NCBI RefSeq assembly: GCF_009914755.1
Contig: NC_060936.1
Length of the DNA stretch: 64,000 nucleotides
Strand: one strand, 5' to 3'
Source: the human T2T-CHM13v2.0 reference genome, Homo sapiens
Part shown: positions 1-17,387 of the stretch, piece by piece
Layout of the letters: each line of letters begins with the position of its first letter
Position numbering within the stretch: the first letter of the stretch is position 1
Program-made: the position numbers and the translations under genes
Notes under the pieces: model-generated
Told to the model about the DNA's origin: nothing
Seen by the model: the letters and a program-made list of their open reading frames with translations, nothing else
The model's database searches: none

Positions 1-251
<251 letters not shown>

Positions 252-1460
252 CTGAACTGGTTTTCTTTCTTACCTTTCAAATCCTGAACTATTTTTCCCT
301 CCCTTTCTCTGAGATAACATTACAGTTTATTTCTTCACACAGTGTGCCAGCCTACATGAGTCTCATCAGTTCATTTCCCTAGGCAGTGTTTTCTACACTC
401 TCAAAGAAGCTCATTTCAAGGCCCTTCCTTACTCAGTGACTGTTGTTTCCTCGTGAACTGTTCTTTCACAAACAATAGCACAGGTCTAGCTAAATCACAG
501 TTCACTTTCCCTGGCTCTAGTAGGTAACCTGCAATTCACTTTAGCCTCAATTTTGTTTCATTTTAAACTCTGTTTTTCCCTCCTCCCTTCCTTTTTTTCC
601 CTCCCTCCCTCACTTTCTTTTACAACCATTGTCAGTGCCCTGATATTTCCTATTTATTCTAGCTCATTAACAGTGAAGTGGGATAGAGGGCAAAGATCCC
701 TAGTAGATTTTCAGGTATATTCATACTGTGACAGCACAGCTTAGATGTTTATAATGGAGATGGACTAACGTGTTGAAAAGGACACAGACCTTTCTGTTCT
801 ACAGCTCTGGTCTGGAACAGGAATATGTTTGAAATTATATGTAATTTTCATTAAAAAAATACAACTCTAAGTAAGCTGAATTGCACTTTGAGGAATTTAA
901 AGTTTGAGTACACATCAGAGAAGCAGTGTTTCCCCTATGGAAAAAGCTCACTTCCACGACTGCCTACTTGTGTGATGTTGAATGGGAGATGGTCAAAGGG
1001 AGAAAGAAGGGACCACAGCAGCAGGGTCATCTTTGAACAACAGTATTATCCCAGAATTGGTTTTGGTGTTTCATCTTTGCTGGGCTCTTTCTTTCTATTC
1101 TCTTCCCTACCATCCTTCTAACATCATAGCATATTTGTGACTTTCTCCCCACTGGCTTCTCTAGATGTTATCTCACCTAACCCTGCTCGTCCTGGCCCTC
1201 TGTTCTGGGCTGCATCTTTCCTTTCTCCTAGCACAGCTAACTTGTCCAGACTCTCGCTTGTTCAGAATACTTGCCAGGTAACTGGAAGCCAATCTGGTAA
1301 ACTAATTCACCACGAGGAGCTCATTCACTGATTCATCAAACATTTATTGAGCACTGCAGCTCCTGTGGAGGTGTGAATGGCTGACCAAGGCTGTTCTGCT
1401 GCATTACCAGTGTACAATGCAGCAACCTTGGGTTTTGGGGTCAGACAGTCCTGGGTTTGA

Positions 1461-1776
<316 letters not shown>

Positions 1777-3020
1777 TGAATCTTACCCTGTCACTTGCCA
1801 GATGTGTCGTCTAGGAAAAATTCCTTAATCTTTCCAGACGTCTCACTTTCCTCATCTGTAAACTGGGGACAATAATAACATCTTGCAGGTGATGTTGGGT
1901 TTTAAGGACAAGTATATTCAGTGGCTAGCTCCTAGTCAATGTTAAGTAAATAGTTCTTGTTATTATATTATTGGTTATCTTTCTCATTTATCATTTATGG
2001 AGACCTTTAATGCTTTAACTTTTGATACAAATTGTCAGTGCCTTAACAGTTAAGAATTTTAAGCCTTGTGACGAGTTGGCAAGAGCTGTTTAGGAAGTCA
2101 GGGAAGTTTCTGTTTGCCTCTCACCAACACCAGTTGTCTTAGTTCTGTCAATAGAATACCCCAGTATCAGCTGTCTGAGGAACTGATGCAGAGTGAATTG
2201 CTGAAGACACAGGAGAGGTGTTATAAGGATACACAGAGGTACATTTTCAAATGAGGCAGCCTGGCGATAAAATACCAGGAAACAGCAACAGCAGATCATG
2301 AAGTGAAAAGTAGGTCATTTGTTTGGAGTCAAGGTGTCAGGTAGCATACAAGGTGAAGAACCCAAAGCTGTAAACAGTAACAGGCTGTAAAAATTGCTAC
2401 TGCAGCCATAAACCAAAGGGCTGCCTTTTCACGTATGCTGGATGGAGAGAACTGCTGGTCATGCAGCTGTCTTTTTGCCACACTTGCACACATGCAAAAC
2501 AACACTGTCAGCCATCAGTGGCATCATTTTGAACACCGATGACAATGATAAATTGAGACCCAATAGCTGGCTCTGCACAAGGGCAGGAAGGCAGTGCAAG
2601 AGAAAGGAGGACAAAACTCCATTCCTTTTGTTTGCCACTCAAATGTGTTGTACTTTTCAAATGTTTAGGGCTTCAAATTTTTTGCGTTAAATTTTGGAAC
2701 GTCTAAATAAAACATCCATTTGTTTGCATATTCGTGTATATTGAGTAGGCTTTCTATTATCTTAGGTAGTTTTTGTGTTGTGAAGATTTTTTTAAATACT
2801 ATTTTGTGCACAAATTGTAAGGGTTCTAAGCTCAAAGTCTTTGGCTATCACTTCAAATGGCATTTGAGCAGTTATCTGGGGTTGTCAGTTTGGGGAAAGG
2901 GACGAGGTAGACAAAATGCCATTTGGCTTGTTGGGGGTAATTGTGGGCAAGGTGTTCTGTTCTGCTTCATTATACTCCAAACCACTTCATTTCTTTCCAC
3001 ACCACAGTTAGCTCACTTCT

Positions 3021-3290
3021 GACTTTACTCACCTCCTGTCCACTACCCACGATGTTACTCACCTCCTGTCCACTACCCACAACTTAACTCACCTCCTGTC
3101 CACTACCCACAAGATTACTCACCTCCTATCCACTACTCATGACTTTACTCACCTCCTGTCCACTACCTATGACTTTACTCACCTTCTGTCCACTACCCAC
3201 AAGATTACTCACCTCCTATCCACTACTCATGACTTTACTCACCTCCTGTCCGTTACCTATGACTTTACTCACCTCCTGTCCACTACCCAG
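3021..3290. repeat. Minisatellite, 9 x 30 bp (gactttactcacctcctgtccactacccac)
   Basis: Units start every 30 nt from 3021 to 3261; units 4 and 7 are identical variants. Confidence 0.95.
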
Positions 3291-5133
3291 TCTAAAACAC
3301 TGGAGAGATGGTCGAGTAGCTGGCAGAACAGGGATTTTGATAGGCCCTGCATTTGGAAACTAGCTGCAAAGAAAGAAGATACTTAGCCATCATATGCCAG
3401 TGTTTCACCTCGGTGATTTGATTCAAGCAGAATCCTCCAAATTTCTCAGGCTTTTAAAATTAACTGCACTATGAACTAAACATTCTCTAAAATGAAACAT
3501 CAATATTGTTGAAGTTATTGAAAATAAACTACCTGAGACCCAAACTATAATATGATGCCAGCATTAATTTATCTGACATCTGATGTATATTAATTTTATA
3601 CAAGATGGTATAATTAACATTTCGCACAACCTGAATGCATTAGGAATTTGGAATAAATTGAAGTTATTGGGAAACTGGGAACTGTGAAAGAATGCAGAAA
3701 TATCCTGGCTGCCTAGCTCTTTGAGCCATCAAAGAGCACACTGGATTCTTCAGCATTCTGAGCAGATGTAGGGCCTTTGAAAGGCCCACATTTAAATGAA
3801 TCTAAATACTGGTTTTAATATGCTCTTCTTAAAATAGAAATAAGTGACACAGAATTGAGTAAAAATTCATAGAGTTTTCAATTTTCAGGAAAAGCAATTT
3901 GGGTACAAACTGTGCCTGTTAACCTACACTCAGAAAAATAACCTTTGTGGATCTCTGTCAAATGTGTTGGCCTTACCTGAAGGGATAATGAGCTAGTTAG
4001 GGAAATATATTTCTGCTATAAGAGTTATGTTTTGAAAACATAGTGATTGAATAAAAACTCCTCTTGGGAGAATAATGAGGATGATTTAGGAGATATTCCC
4101 TTGATTATATGATTGAAAAGAATATATACATTTGTTTATTTCCATTTGGAGTCCTGAATTGACAAAAGCAAAACTTGAATTTATGACCTTAAATGACTGG
4201 AATGAGCTTAGGATTTTTATATATTTAGGCAGCACCTAAGAAACTCTTCCATTACTGAAGGCAGTGGAAACTATTTAAATATTTCAGAGTGGACTTACAA
4301 GGAACTACATCATTCCTTTGAGTTAAGAAAAAAATCACCTTTTATTTTTCAGGCAATAAATTATGTTAGTATATGAACACAGTCATCCTAGAGTATTTCT
4401 GAAGGTACACTTTATTAGATTAGTTGATTCCACTTAGCATCAATGCAGAAAAAAATAAAAATACACTTCTTTTCTAAGCTCAGGATTGGACTATGAATTA
4501 TTTCATAATTCTCCACTTGCATAAAATTTACTCATATCAGCTACATTAATGCAAGCATAAAAGCTTTATTCTTCAGAGAGTTTAGTTTTGTGAACTAAAT
4601 TTAGAGCCATATCTCAGTTTATCTCATGAGTGAAGAAGCTATTTTTAAAAAATATAAAGAAACAAGGAGACTCCATGTCCACTTTTGACTTCTACTGCTT
4701 GAAAATATGTACTTAGTTATAGCACAGGTATATACTTGCACTTATTTAGCAGCTCTAAAATATGGGAGAGGTTTAACTTTTCAAGGATGCCTCTCTGATG
4801 AGTTTGTAGAATGTTAATTTAAGTCCACTTTCATACTGTTATTGAAATAAAGGACTTTGATTTTTCCCCTCTCCATGCACGTTAAAACTTGCAAACAAAG
4901 TTATACAAATACATTCTCACTTCTACCCATTTATATGTGATAAGCTTTAAATGTTTGAGTGCATCAAATTTCCTGTGAGAATAGAAAGTACATATAAGTA
5001 AGTACTGACATTTTTTCCTTCTATTTACTGGAAAATAAAATGAACTTTTAAACACCTTTTTTTCTAATTTATAAACAATCTGCTCCCCCCACTCCCACAC
5101 CCCACCCACCTTAACCTAGTTTTCTTACTTTGA

Positions 5134-5467
<334 letters not shown>

Positions 5468-6217
5468 TGTATCTGTTCTTTTAATCTTAACATTTTAATA
5501 TTACCCTTATGGTCTCAGTTCAGATTTTGATACACATTTTAATGGAGTCAGAAATAGAAATTAGAGGAGTATGTACATCCATAATATTTTAAAGGAACCT
5601 CTTTCCACTTTTTATTTCTTCCTATAACTTTCTTTTTCCTTCCTTGTCATTTGTTCTTTCAATTTTAAATACATCTCAGTGCCACATCACTCTAACAAAA
5701 CCGATAGGGTTCCCATAATTCTCCATGATGTGATGCATAGATTGAGAACACAGGGTTAATAAGAAACTAAAGATACAGAATTGTACAGGGAGAGGCAACA
5801 TTACCCCACAGCTAGGGATTAAGTCACCAAATACATGGCGGAGGGGAGGAGGGGAAGGAGGGATTTGTTGAACCAGTTGTTTGATTGTAGACCTAAAAAT
5901 CCACTTTCTATGATGTACTGTAGACATAGTGTATGCCAAATTCTTACTTGCTTTCTTGCTTCTTAGTTTTGGTAAAGGAAAAAAAGAGTGAAGGCCTCCA
6001 CCGGTCTTCAAGTCTTTCTATTTATTGTAGATCTTTCTGATTTTTGATTCTAAAGTTTGATTGGTGGCAGATTCCACTGTAAGCTGAACTTTCCTATCTT
6101 GTTTCTCAGAAAAGTATTGCATTTCCCCTTATGGTATTTCAGAAGAGATGTCTGACCCAACAGCATTGATTTTCTCTATTATAGTACCCATGACTGGGTG
6201 GTTAAATTGAAACAGGC

Positions 6218-6574
<357 letters not shown>

Positions 6575-6796
6575 TCATTACAGTATGAAACTCTGTAGGC
6601 TGATGCTGAATTCTACAAAAGAGTTGTATTTGGCATCCTAATTATTTTGTGGTTCTCTTCTATATGGAAAGATCTAAGCTTATATTTCCCACATAAAGGC
6701 AGTTGAATAAATATGGTAAAATTAAACTTGTAAAAAAAAGAGAAAAGAAAACATTATTATCCATTGCATGTGCTTTCAGATATTCTACCTCTCTAG

Positions 6797-7297
<501 letters not shown>

Positions 7298-7544
7298 ACA
7301 GGCGTATTTTTTTTTTTTTTTTTTATAGAATCAATACATTGCTGTAGAAAAATATGTAGCAAGCATTGTTATTCTGCAGGTGTGCAATTTTATGCATTTT
7401 GCCCACTTTATTGTCCTCATAATCAAAAGACAGCAGGAAGGGCACTGCTTACTCACAAATAGAAATTAGTCTCAAACACACATAGACAAGTAATAAGTTA
7501 AATGTTTGCCAAACCCTTCTGTCTTTCTATAAGAAGCATAAAGT

Positions 7545-7896
<352 letters not shown>

Positions 7897-8021
7897 TTAT
7901 TTAGGACTATAGAATTTTAGGGACTAAGCAAATATTTTTTAATCCAATACCCTTATTGTGTGACTGAAATCATGAAGAAATCTTCTGCCTTAGCAAAAAT
8001 ACACATAAGCACATGGGATGA

Positions 8022-8314
<293 letters not shown>

Positions 8315-9475
8315 TAAGATTTTGTATATTAATTTCATATTCCCCAAAATGCCTGAATCTACTAAAGTTTATGAAAATGCATTGAGGCCCTGAAAGCACA
8401 GAGTTAAGTAACTTATCCAGGATGATACAAATCAGCAGTGGCAGAGCTGAATAAGCCCGTCTTTCATGATTTCCATTTGTATTCTGTTTGTGTTATACTT
8501 CAAATGTGACTATCTGCAAGGATACCAAATATTAAATCATTGTTTTGTTTTTAGCGGAGAAGGGCAGGGATTTGGTTCCTCTCAAGAAAGGTAAGTTTTT
8601 AAAGCATTTTTAAAAAAGTATTATTTTGTGCATTTCTAAGGTGTCAGCCATGATGGCCTAGAACACTATGTTGGGTGACCTAGCTGTGGGTGTGACCATG
8701 TTGTTGTGAATGTATAATTTTGCCTGTCTCTTTCATGAGGAAGCAAAAGATGATGAGTCTCAAAGAGTTTTTATAACTGTAAGAGGTCCAGACATTTATG
8801 GACATGGAACCGATATTCAAGATTTCAGGACTTCTCTAGGGTACTGAAGATGTATTCCAGTGCATTTTTTTATGTGTATTTTTACTAAGGCACAAATGTG
8901 AGTTGACTTCAATGCGAGATTGGCTTTGGGAAGACAGTTACTTAACTCTTGCGTGAGCCCAGATAATTACCCAACATCCACATTAAAACAAGATTTTTAT
9001 TTTCTTGTTGTTAAATTGGACAGAGAAACTCTCAGAACACATTACAAACTTTGGTTTTTCAGACTTAAGTAAATTCGTATCATTTATTACACTACATTAA
9101 TGATTTTCCAGTAATGATTTAGCACAGTTCAGTTTGGTGACAAAATTAATTTGTGTAATTTTATAGATGGCCATAGCCTAGTATTTATCAAATCTTTAAA
9201 TATCTTTTTTTTTTTTTTTTTAGATAGAGTCTCACTTTGTCACTCTGTGAATCCTTTCATATGCCTAGGTGAAACTGGTGATCCAGTACTCTGTGTTCTC
9301 ATGAGACACTTATTCCTCAGTTTCTATATGGTAGTATAATAAATGATATGTTTACCTGTCTCTATTATTTTTCTATCAGATGAGCAGGGATGATGTTCTT
9401 TTAGCTGCTCCTATAGTAGACAGTAAATTTTTGCTGAGAGGATGAATGAAATATTGATTGAAATAAGTGGCAATA

Positions 9476-9640
9476 GCCAGGCATGGTGGTAGCTGCCTGT
9501 ATTCCCAGCTACTTGGGAGGCCGAGGTAGGAGGATCACTAGAGCCCAGGAGGCAGAGGTTGCATTGCAATGAGAAGAGATTATGCCACTGCACTACAGCC
9601 TGGGCAACAGAGTAAGACCCTGTCTCGAAAAAAAAAAAAA
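9476..9640 (+). mobile_element. Alu monomer (right arm / FRAM-like)
   Basis: Single arm plus poly(A). Confidence 0.8.
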
Positions 9641-10222
9641 GGGTAATCTACTGAAATTTGAAAACCTTTTTCTCTCTTTAATAGAGATAATTATAACTAT
9701 TAGACTTATTGTACAAATGGAACCCACAGTACACGTTTAAGGGATATCAAGTCAAAGTCATGGACCCAGAGGGTATGATGATACTTTTCCATTGAATTTA
9801 TGGCAAAGCATTTATACAGAAATTTTATTATAAAAATTTGAGGACATTTATTAGGCCTACTATCCACTGGAATGAAACTTGATGTATTAAGAAGGTAATA
9901 GGAGATGTGCCAGGATGTGTTTACTTATACTATTTCATTTAATCCTCACTGCAGTCCATACATTTTATGTTATTAGCCAAAAATGTTAGATATGGGTATG
10001 TGTCTCAGAGAGGTTAAACAACTTGGCCAAGTTCACAGATAGAAAAGGTAGCAAAGTAGAATTTGAACCCAGGCCTAACTCCAAAAATCTACCTCCTTTC
10101 CATTATACTATACATTTATTGAGGCTAAACGATGAGATGATCAAGAAAAGGATAACTACATTTTTTGGTGAGGCTGAAAACAATCTCACAGTAGAGAGAA
10201 CAAATTTGTGTGAGTGTAATTT

Positions 10223-10527
10223 CATTTTTATTTCTTTATTTATTTATTTTTTTGAGACAGAGTTCCACTCTGTCTCCAGGCTGGAGCACAGTGGCGTGAT
10301 CTTGGCTCACTGCAACTTCCGCCTCCCAGGTTCAAGCCTCAGGCTCTTCTGCCTCAGGCTCCCAAGTAGCTGGGACTACAGGCACGCGCCACCACACCCA
10401 GCTAATTTTTGTATTTTTAGTAGAGACGGGGTTTCACCATGTTGGCCAGGATGGTCTCGATCTGTTGACCTCGTGATCCACCCACCTCAGCCTCCCAAAG
10501 TGCTAGGCATGAGCCACTGCACTGGCC
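10223..10527 (-). mobile_element. AluS (Sc-like)
   Basis: TSD tgagtgtaattt. Confidence 0.92.
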
Positions 10528-11378
10528 ATGAGTGTAATTTAAAAAAAAAAAGCTTTGTGTGCTGATAGTGATTAAATTGAAGTACTTTCCATACCAGTTC
10601 AAATGCTAATTTCCTATTGTTTTCCTTTTTACTGTAGATAAGAAACATTTGTGCCAGCTTAATAGTTTTAACAATAGTTTGACAAATTACTTACATTAGT
10701 ATACATATACATTCTCACAGCAGGAAAACAATAAAAATTTCAGCTGTCTAGCATTGATATTTTAAAAAATAATTAATTAGCTAATTAGTTAGCTAATCCA
10801 TTAGCTAATATTGTGATGTAATTAAACAAAAGAGACTTGAGAAAGTTCATTACTTGAAGGAGGGGCAATTTTCTTGAATTTCTCTCACCAAGCATGTCTA
10901 TCGAATTCTAATACAGAATCCAGCCTTCCACAGTCCTAGGGAGGCTCTCTGGTCAAACGAGGTGGCATTGCTTTCTCCTGAAGAAGAGTGATTTCACTAA
11001 GGCTTGAGGGACTTGCCAGGATTCATTCTGGGAGACCCAGGTGTCCAGCTAATTTGTGATTAGGAGGGAATCTATCCCTATTGGTAGAATGCAGAAGTAT
11101 CAGTTTTGGTGTCAGACTTCACTTGGCCTGAGGTGAGTGCCGCTTCCAGGGTAGCAGCTCTAGTTCTCTCAAGAGGACATGAGACTTTGGCAACTATGGC
11201 TCCAGGAAATGGGCTCTAGGAGAGGATAAAACCAGCAGATAAGGTGGAGCCTGTTTCATGTGATTTTCCCAAACCATTGTCATGCTTGCTCAGGGAAACC
11301 TTGAGATCTGTGACAGGAGAGGCTAGCGTGGGGCCTTGGATGCAGGAAGGCAGCTGCTGAGCTAAGAAAGCCCTGTAG

Positions 11379-11682
11379 GGCCGGGCGCAGTGGCTCACGA
11401 CTGTAATCCTAGCACTTTGGGAGGCCGAGGCAGGCGGATCATGAGGTCAGGAGACCACCTTGGCTAACACAGTGAAACTCTGTCTCTACTAAAAATATAA
11501 AAAATTAGCCGGGCATGGTGGCGGGTGCCTGTAGTCCCAGCTACTGGGGAGGCTGAGGCAGAATGGTGTGAACCCGGGAGGCGAAGCTTGCAGTAAGCCA
11601 AGATTGTGCCACTACACTCCAGCACCCCAGCCTGGGCGACAGAGCGAGACTCCGTCTCAAAACAAAACAAAACAAAACAAAA
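11379..11682 (+). mobile_element. AluY-like
   Basis: TSD aagaaaRccctgt; (aaaac)n tail. Confidence 0.92.
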
Positions 11683-12414
11683 AGAAAACCCTGTGGTAGG
11701 GTGCACTATAGTCCCCAAATGCCTTCAGAGGCCAGGCAACCAGGTGGGGAACTTAAATGACTGAAGACCTTGTTCGGCAACTGTATGCCATTCAAGAATG
11801 TAGACCCTGTAAGGTCAGTTCTTTTGGTTTTCATGAGAAGCTAACATTCTGTTTTTGTTTAAAGTGAAATCTACTGGTTTTTAAATATTTGCAACTCAGC
11901 TGAAGTTTTAAAGTAGTATGAGGATCAAAGAAAATAATCCACAGGAAAAATTGCCACTAGTTTACAAGGGTTGGCGTAGAAGCAGCTATTTGGAACTATG
12001 GAGGGAAGGGGGCTGGCCTACCTGCTTTTAAGGAATATTGATTTCATTAGTTTGGCTGGGTGGACCCCAAGCGCTGGATTATCCCAATATGCAGCAGGGG
12101 TTGATCCCTACTCACTTAAAAGGTGGTATGAAGTGACTGGATTCTAGGCACCACAGGGCCCTATCCATAAGCCTTTCCTGGCTACCTTCTCTCCTCATTC
12201 TCTCTATTCTCCTCAGGTGATTTTATCTTCATGTGAATGAATAAATCACAGATGCATCTGTCTGTGTTTGGTTGGCAAATCCAATGACCAGAATACTCCC
12301 TTTGACATAAAGAACGTGATTGTATTTATTATTAAATATTATGTGATTATATTATTATTAAATATTATACTATTCAAATATAGGAAGAGCAGTAACATGA
12401 ATAATTCCCTTTCT

Positions 12415-12595
12415 ATGTGTTTCTCTGAATTAAATGTGCATAAGAGTTATTTAGGAAGTTATTACAATGAAGATTATGAAACTCCACCTCAAGAGATTCT
12501 GGTTTAGTAGGTAGGGTTCTGGAATTTGTTTGTTAACACCCACCTGAGTTTACTGTAACACAGATGGTCTGGAGACCACACTTTGAGAAACACTG
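12415..12595. mobile_element. MER5A-like hAT MITE
   Basis: gagattctggtttagtagg...ggtctggagaccacactttgagaaacactg terminal motif. Confidence 0.7.
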
Positions 12596-14434
12596 ACTCA
12601 TAATGGATGCTTATGGCTGGCACATCTCTTATTTCAGCCCTAGTTTCTTGCCTGAGTTGTATAAACAACTGCCTAATAGAAATCTCCACCATCTCTACCT
12701 GGATAACTTCTCATTGTCTGAATCCAAATGTATTATTTTCCTCCAAAGCCTGAACACAGACTTTTAAAAAAACTCCATTGAAATGCACCATCAAAGGTAT
12801 ATTTCTCTTGCCCAAGCCAGAAATCTACATTTGCACCTTTGGTGGGTGGATGCCAGCAATCAGGGTGCATGCAGTATGTGGCAGGCACCAGTGTGCCCAC
12901 TGAGGCTTTGCCATGACTGCTCAGTGAGTCTACCTTGGCTTTCTAAGGGTAATCCAATTCTTCTGCGACAAGCCAATAATAGGAAGAGCTTTATTTATTG
13001 AGGTTTACTCTGTGCCAGGCACTCTTTTAAGTGTTTCACATGTATTAACTTAATCTTTTCTTGAAGCCACTGAATTCTCTGTCCAAGTTTTTGGCAGCTC
13101 AGTACCCCCTGAGGCTAGATCTACTCCCCATATTTCCAATTGCCAGCTGGGACTGCTGCTTCAAACAGATAATGTCATCTTTTTCCCACAATGAGACCAC
13201 CCACCTAACTATAGACTTCTAGAGTTGGGGATTCCTGCTACTGTTTTCTGCTCATAATTCCAGGGATATTGGTGGCTGCCTAAATTGGAAGCTATTTAAC
13301 ATATCTGGCTAGCTATTGTAAATTGGGTTGCTGCCTACCTTAAAACAATAGAGTGCAGGGGTAAGAAGGAAATTCAGAGATTGTGTAGTCCAATTTCCTT
13401 ACTTTATAGACTTGGAAACTGAGGCCTACAACTAAAAAGTGATTTACTAAGTGTAAGAGAGGAGTAAGAGAGCTGAGGAGGAAAGCTAGGTTTTCTCTCT
13501 TCACATCTCATGCTGGAATGCAAGCCTCATTCTAATAGAGTTGCGTGATACTGGGGATTTTTGTCTGAGTTGATCATTTCTGTATCTGCCTGCATCTAGA
13601 ATAGTGCCTGGAATGCAGTGACTGTGAAGGAATACATCACAGATGCGTTAGTCTATGGTTGGTTGACGATGCAATGACCAAAATACCCTTTTGACATAGA
13701 GGACTGTGTTTATATTACTAAACATGGTTATTTGAGTTATATTCAAATATAGAAAAAAATACATTTAATCTAGTATGTGGACTACTTATTGCCTCTAGTA
13801 AGAATGCAATGGAAGAAACAGATGTAAAATAGACTTAAGTAGCAAGGAGGTCACTTAATTATTCTGCATAAATGTCACCTCAAAGGAAATCTGCCCTGAC
13901 CACCCTTTCTAAAATTGTCACCCACATCCTTCTTGATGCTCTGATTCTACCTGTTTTTCTTAATAGCACGTCTCACAGTCTAACATTACATCATTATGCA
14001 TTTTGTATTTACTGTCTGTTCACTCATTAGAATAAGCTGTTTGAGCCTTGAGCTTTATCTTCCTCACCACCAAGTTGGCAGAACATTGAAGTGCCTGACA
14101 CAGAAGAGCTTCCTGAAAATGATGGTTTTACATTTTGGAATGGTAGCATAATTAACATGCAATACTTTGGCATTCAGAGGCCTAACATACCTCAGCAGAT
14201 AGAAGCAAAATAAAAACCCAGTGCTGTACAATGCTGGAGTAAATGTGAGAGATGTAAATAACATTATTGGGGGGGATATTTACAAAAACACATTATCTTT
14301 ATCATTAAGTAAATGACTTCTTTTATGTATTTTTAGACTTCTTTCATGTATTTTTACCCCATATTGAAGAAATGACTGGTATAAGTAAAATTATGACATA
14401 TAGATGAGGGATAGTTGCTTATTTAAAAATGTGA

Positions 14435-14887
14435 TGTAGTGGGCTGAATAGTGTCCTGCCCCCCACCCAAAATTCATGTCCACTTGGAACCTCAGAATGT
14501 GATCTTATTTGGAAATAGAGTCTTTGCAGGTGTAATTAGTTAAATCTCAAGAAGAAATCTTCCTGGATTTGGAGTGAGCCCTAAACCCAACAATGTGCCT
14601 TTCTAAGAGAAGATAGAGATTTGAACACACAGACACAGAAGAGAGGACGCGTGAAGATGGAGGTACAAATTGGAGTGATGCGTCTGCAAGTCAAGGAATA
14701 CCAGGAACCACCAGAAGCTGCAAGAGACAAGGAAGATTCTCTTCTAGAACCTTCAGAGGGAATGTGATCCTACTGGCACAGATAATTTTACACTTCTAGT
14801 CCCTAGAACTGTGAGAAAATACATTTCTGTTTTCTTAAACCACCAAGTTTGTGGTAATTTGTTACGGCAGCCTGGAAAATGAATACA
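14435..14887 (+). mobile_element. MLT1 (MaLR) LTR, MLT1B/C-like
   Basis: TGTAGTGGGCTGAATAGTGTCC...GGAACCTCAGAATGTGATCTTATTTGGAAATAG...GGTAATTTGTTACGGCAGCC...ATACA; gtga on both flanks. Confidence 0.85.
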
Positions 14888-15669
14888 GTGAGGATAGGAG
14901 ATATATGCTAACTTGAGAAAAAGAGGATATGGGAATTGTACCTTAGTCTACAATATTTTGAAGTATTATTATAATACCTAAAGCATATGAGTGCTCACTA
15001 TGAGCAGATAATGTACTCTGTGAGATTCAGCTCTTTAATGGCATCCTAAAACTCAGAAGAATAGGCCAGCCAGGCCTCAGGGCTCAGCAGCTATGATGCA
15101 GGAAGGGCCTCAGACATGTCTCAGGTAGCTCATTGGAAGAAGGCATTCCAGCCCCCCTACCTTATTCCTTCACATGAAATACTAGGGGTAGGGGGTTGCT
15201 CCCCTTAACCCTTGAGAGGCAGAGAGACCAGCCCTTCCGGTCCATGGGGAGAGGATGGCTCTTACTGTTTTTCATTTCATGGCAACTGGTACTTATAACC
15301 CTTGTCATGAAACAAAGAAATAATTTTTGTTTCTTATTATTTAAAATTCCTGGTGCCAATTATTTCCCTTGACTTCCATTTTATCCTCCTCTATTCTGAG
15401 TCCCTGCCCCCATCCCCTTACCGATAAAATGGCTGGACCTGAGAAGTCCATTCTCAACAATCTGTTTTTTCCTACTACTACAAATGATATATTTCACTAT
15501 CCCCCATGAGTCCCTGCTCTTGTGAATGGACCACAACATTCTGGCTCCTTCTGGCTTTTTTTCTTCGTCTTTCCCTCCTTTCTTTCCTACCCTTTTTGCT
15601 GTCTTTCTCCCCTGCTTCAGCACTTGTTAATTGAGAGCCTTTGGGTAATTAGAGCGTTGGGCATTGGGA

Positions 15670-15810
15670 TTTTTTATTTTTGTTTTTTAAAGAGACAGGA
15701 CCTTGTTATTTTGTTGCCCAGGTTGGTCTCGAACTTCTGAGCTCAAGCCTTCCTCCTGCCTCAGCCTCCTAAGTAGCTGGGACTATAAGGGCATGCTACT
15801 GTACCCAGCT
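15670..15810 (-). mobile_element. FLAM/FAM-like Alu monomer
   Basis: Single left-arm-like monomer. Confidence 0.75.
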
Positions 15811-16531
15811 ATCATTACTGTTTCTGTGCTGCTCCTCATTGCCTGGAATTTCTTTCTTCCCCCATTACTGTGTATCTAAATTCTCCTTATCCTTCAATGT
15901 TTGCTTCAAACTTCTTCTGTCTGGCTTTCTACAGCAATTCTTAGGGATAGTTTTATTTTCCCGTTTCAGATTTCTGTAGCCTTTATGGTCAGTACAATGC
16001 ATTTAGCCCCGATCATCTGTAACCTTGCATTACTATTTATGGTGATTATAAGCCATCTATTGTCTGCTCATTTAGATGATGAGTACCCTAAGGAAATAGA
16101 CACAATGTATTTATATTAGAAACCTCAACATTTTCAAGTGCTTGATAGACTAGTTGCTTGGAGATGTTCATTGATTGGGTGGTGTATTTGGTACTTTACA
16201 TGAAGTCAAGAGCTCTCGAAAGCCAGTACATTATTCTGTTCCCCCAGATTAAGCCTCCCTTCTACCTTGGGTTAGGTCTATCAAACTTGTCTGAGGTCTG
16301 TTTTGAAGAAAAAAAGTTTTGAAGAAAGAAAAAGATCATTTGTTTTTGAACCACGAAGAAAGGGAACGTCAGCTCAAAACTCCCCAAAGGCAAATTTGCC
16401 ATTTAAAACCAGCAGTCACATTCCTGTTTATGAGGTCATCTAAGCACTGCACACTGGAAGTGGGAGCCTCTGTGTATGTGGGAGTGAGCATGGGGCAGAG
16501 GAGAAAGCAAGAGGCAGTAAAAGGAACTGTA

Positions 16532-16907
<376 letters not shown>

Positions 16908-17050
16908 TTATATAGATTCTGCAGGACAGCCCTGTGTATGAATCAGGAGTGATGCTGACCACCCCACCACGCAAGTAACAGCTGTATTTCTGGTGTGACT
17001 GCTAGCCCACCCTCTGTTTGCATGACTCCTTTGCTTTGAAAACTGTTTAG

Positions 17051-17387
<337 letters not shown>

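Noticed and set aside
3021-3290. CRISPR-like array or 74-aa repeat protein
   Set aside because: Units are contiguous with no spacers and the DNA is eukaryotic; the ORF arises because the 30-bp period keeps the frame.
3771-3787. Inverted repeat gggcctttgaaaggccc resembling a histone stem-loop
   Set aside because: Does not fit the 6-bp stem / 4-nt loop consensus; an 8-bp inverted repeat is expected by chance in 64 kb.
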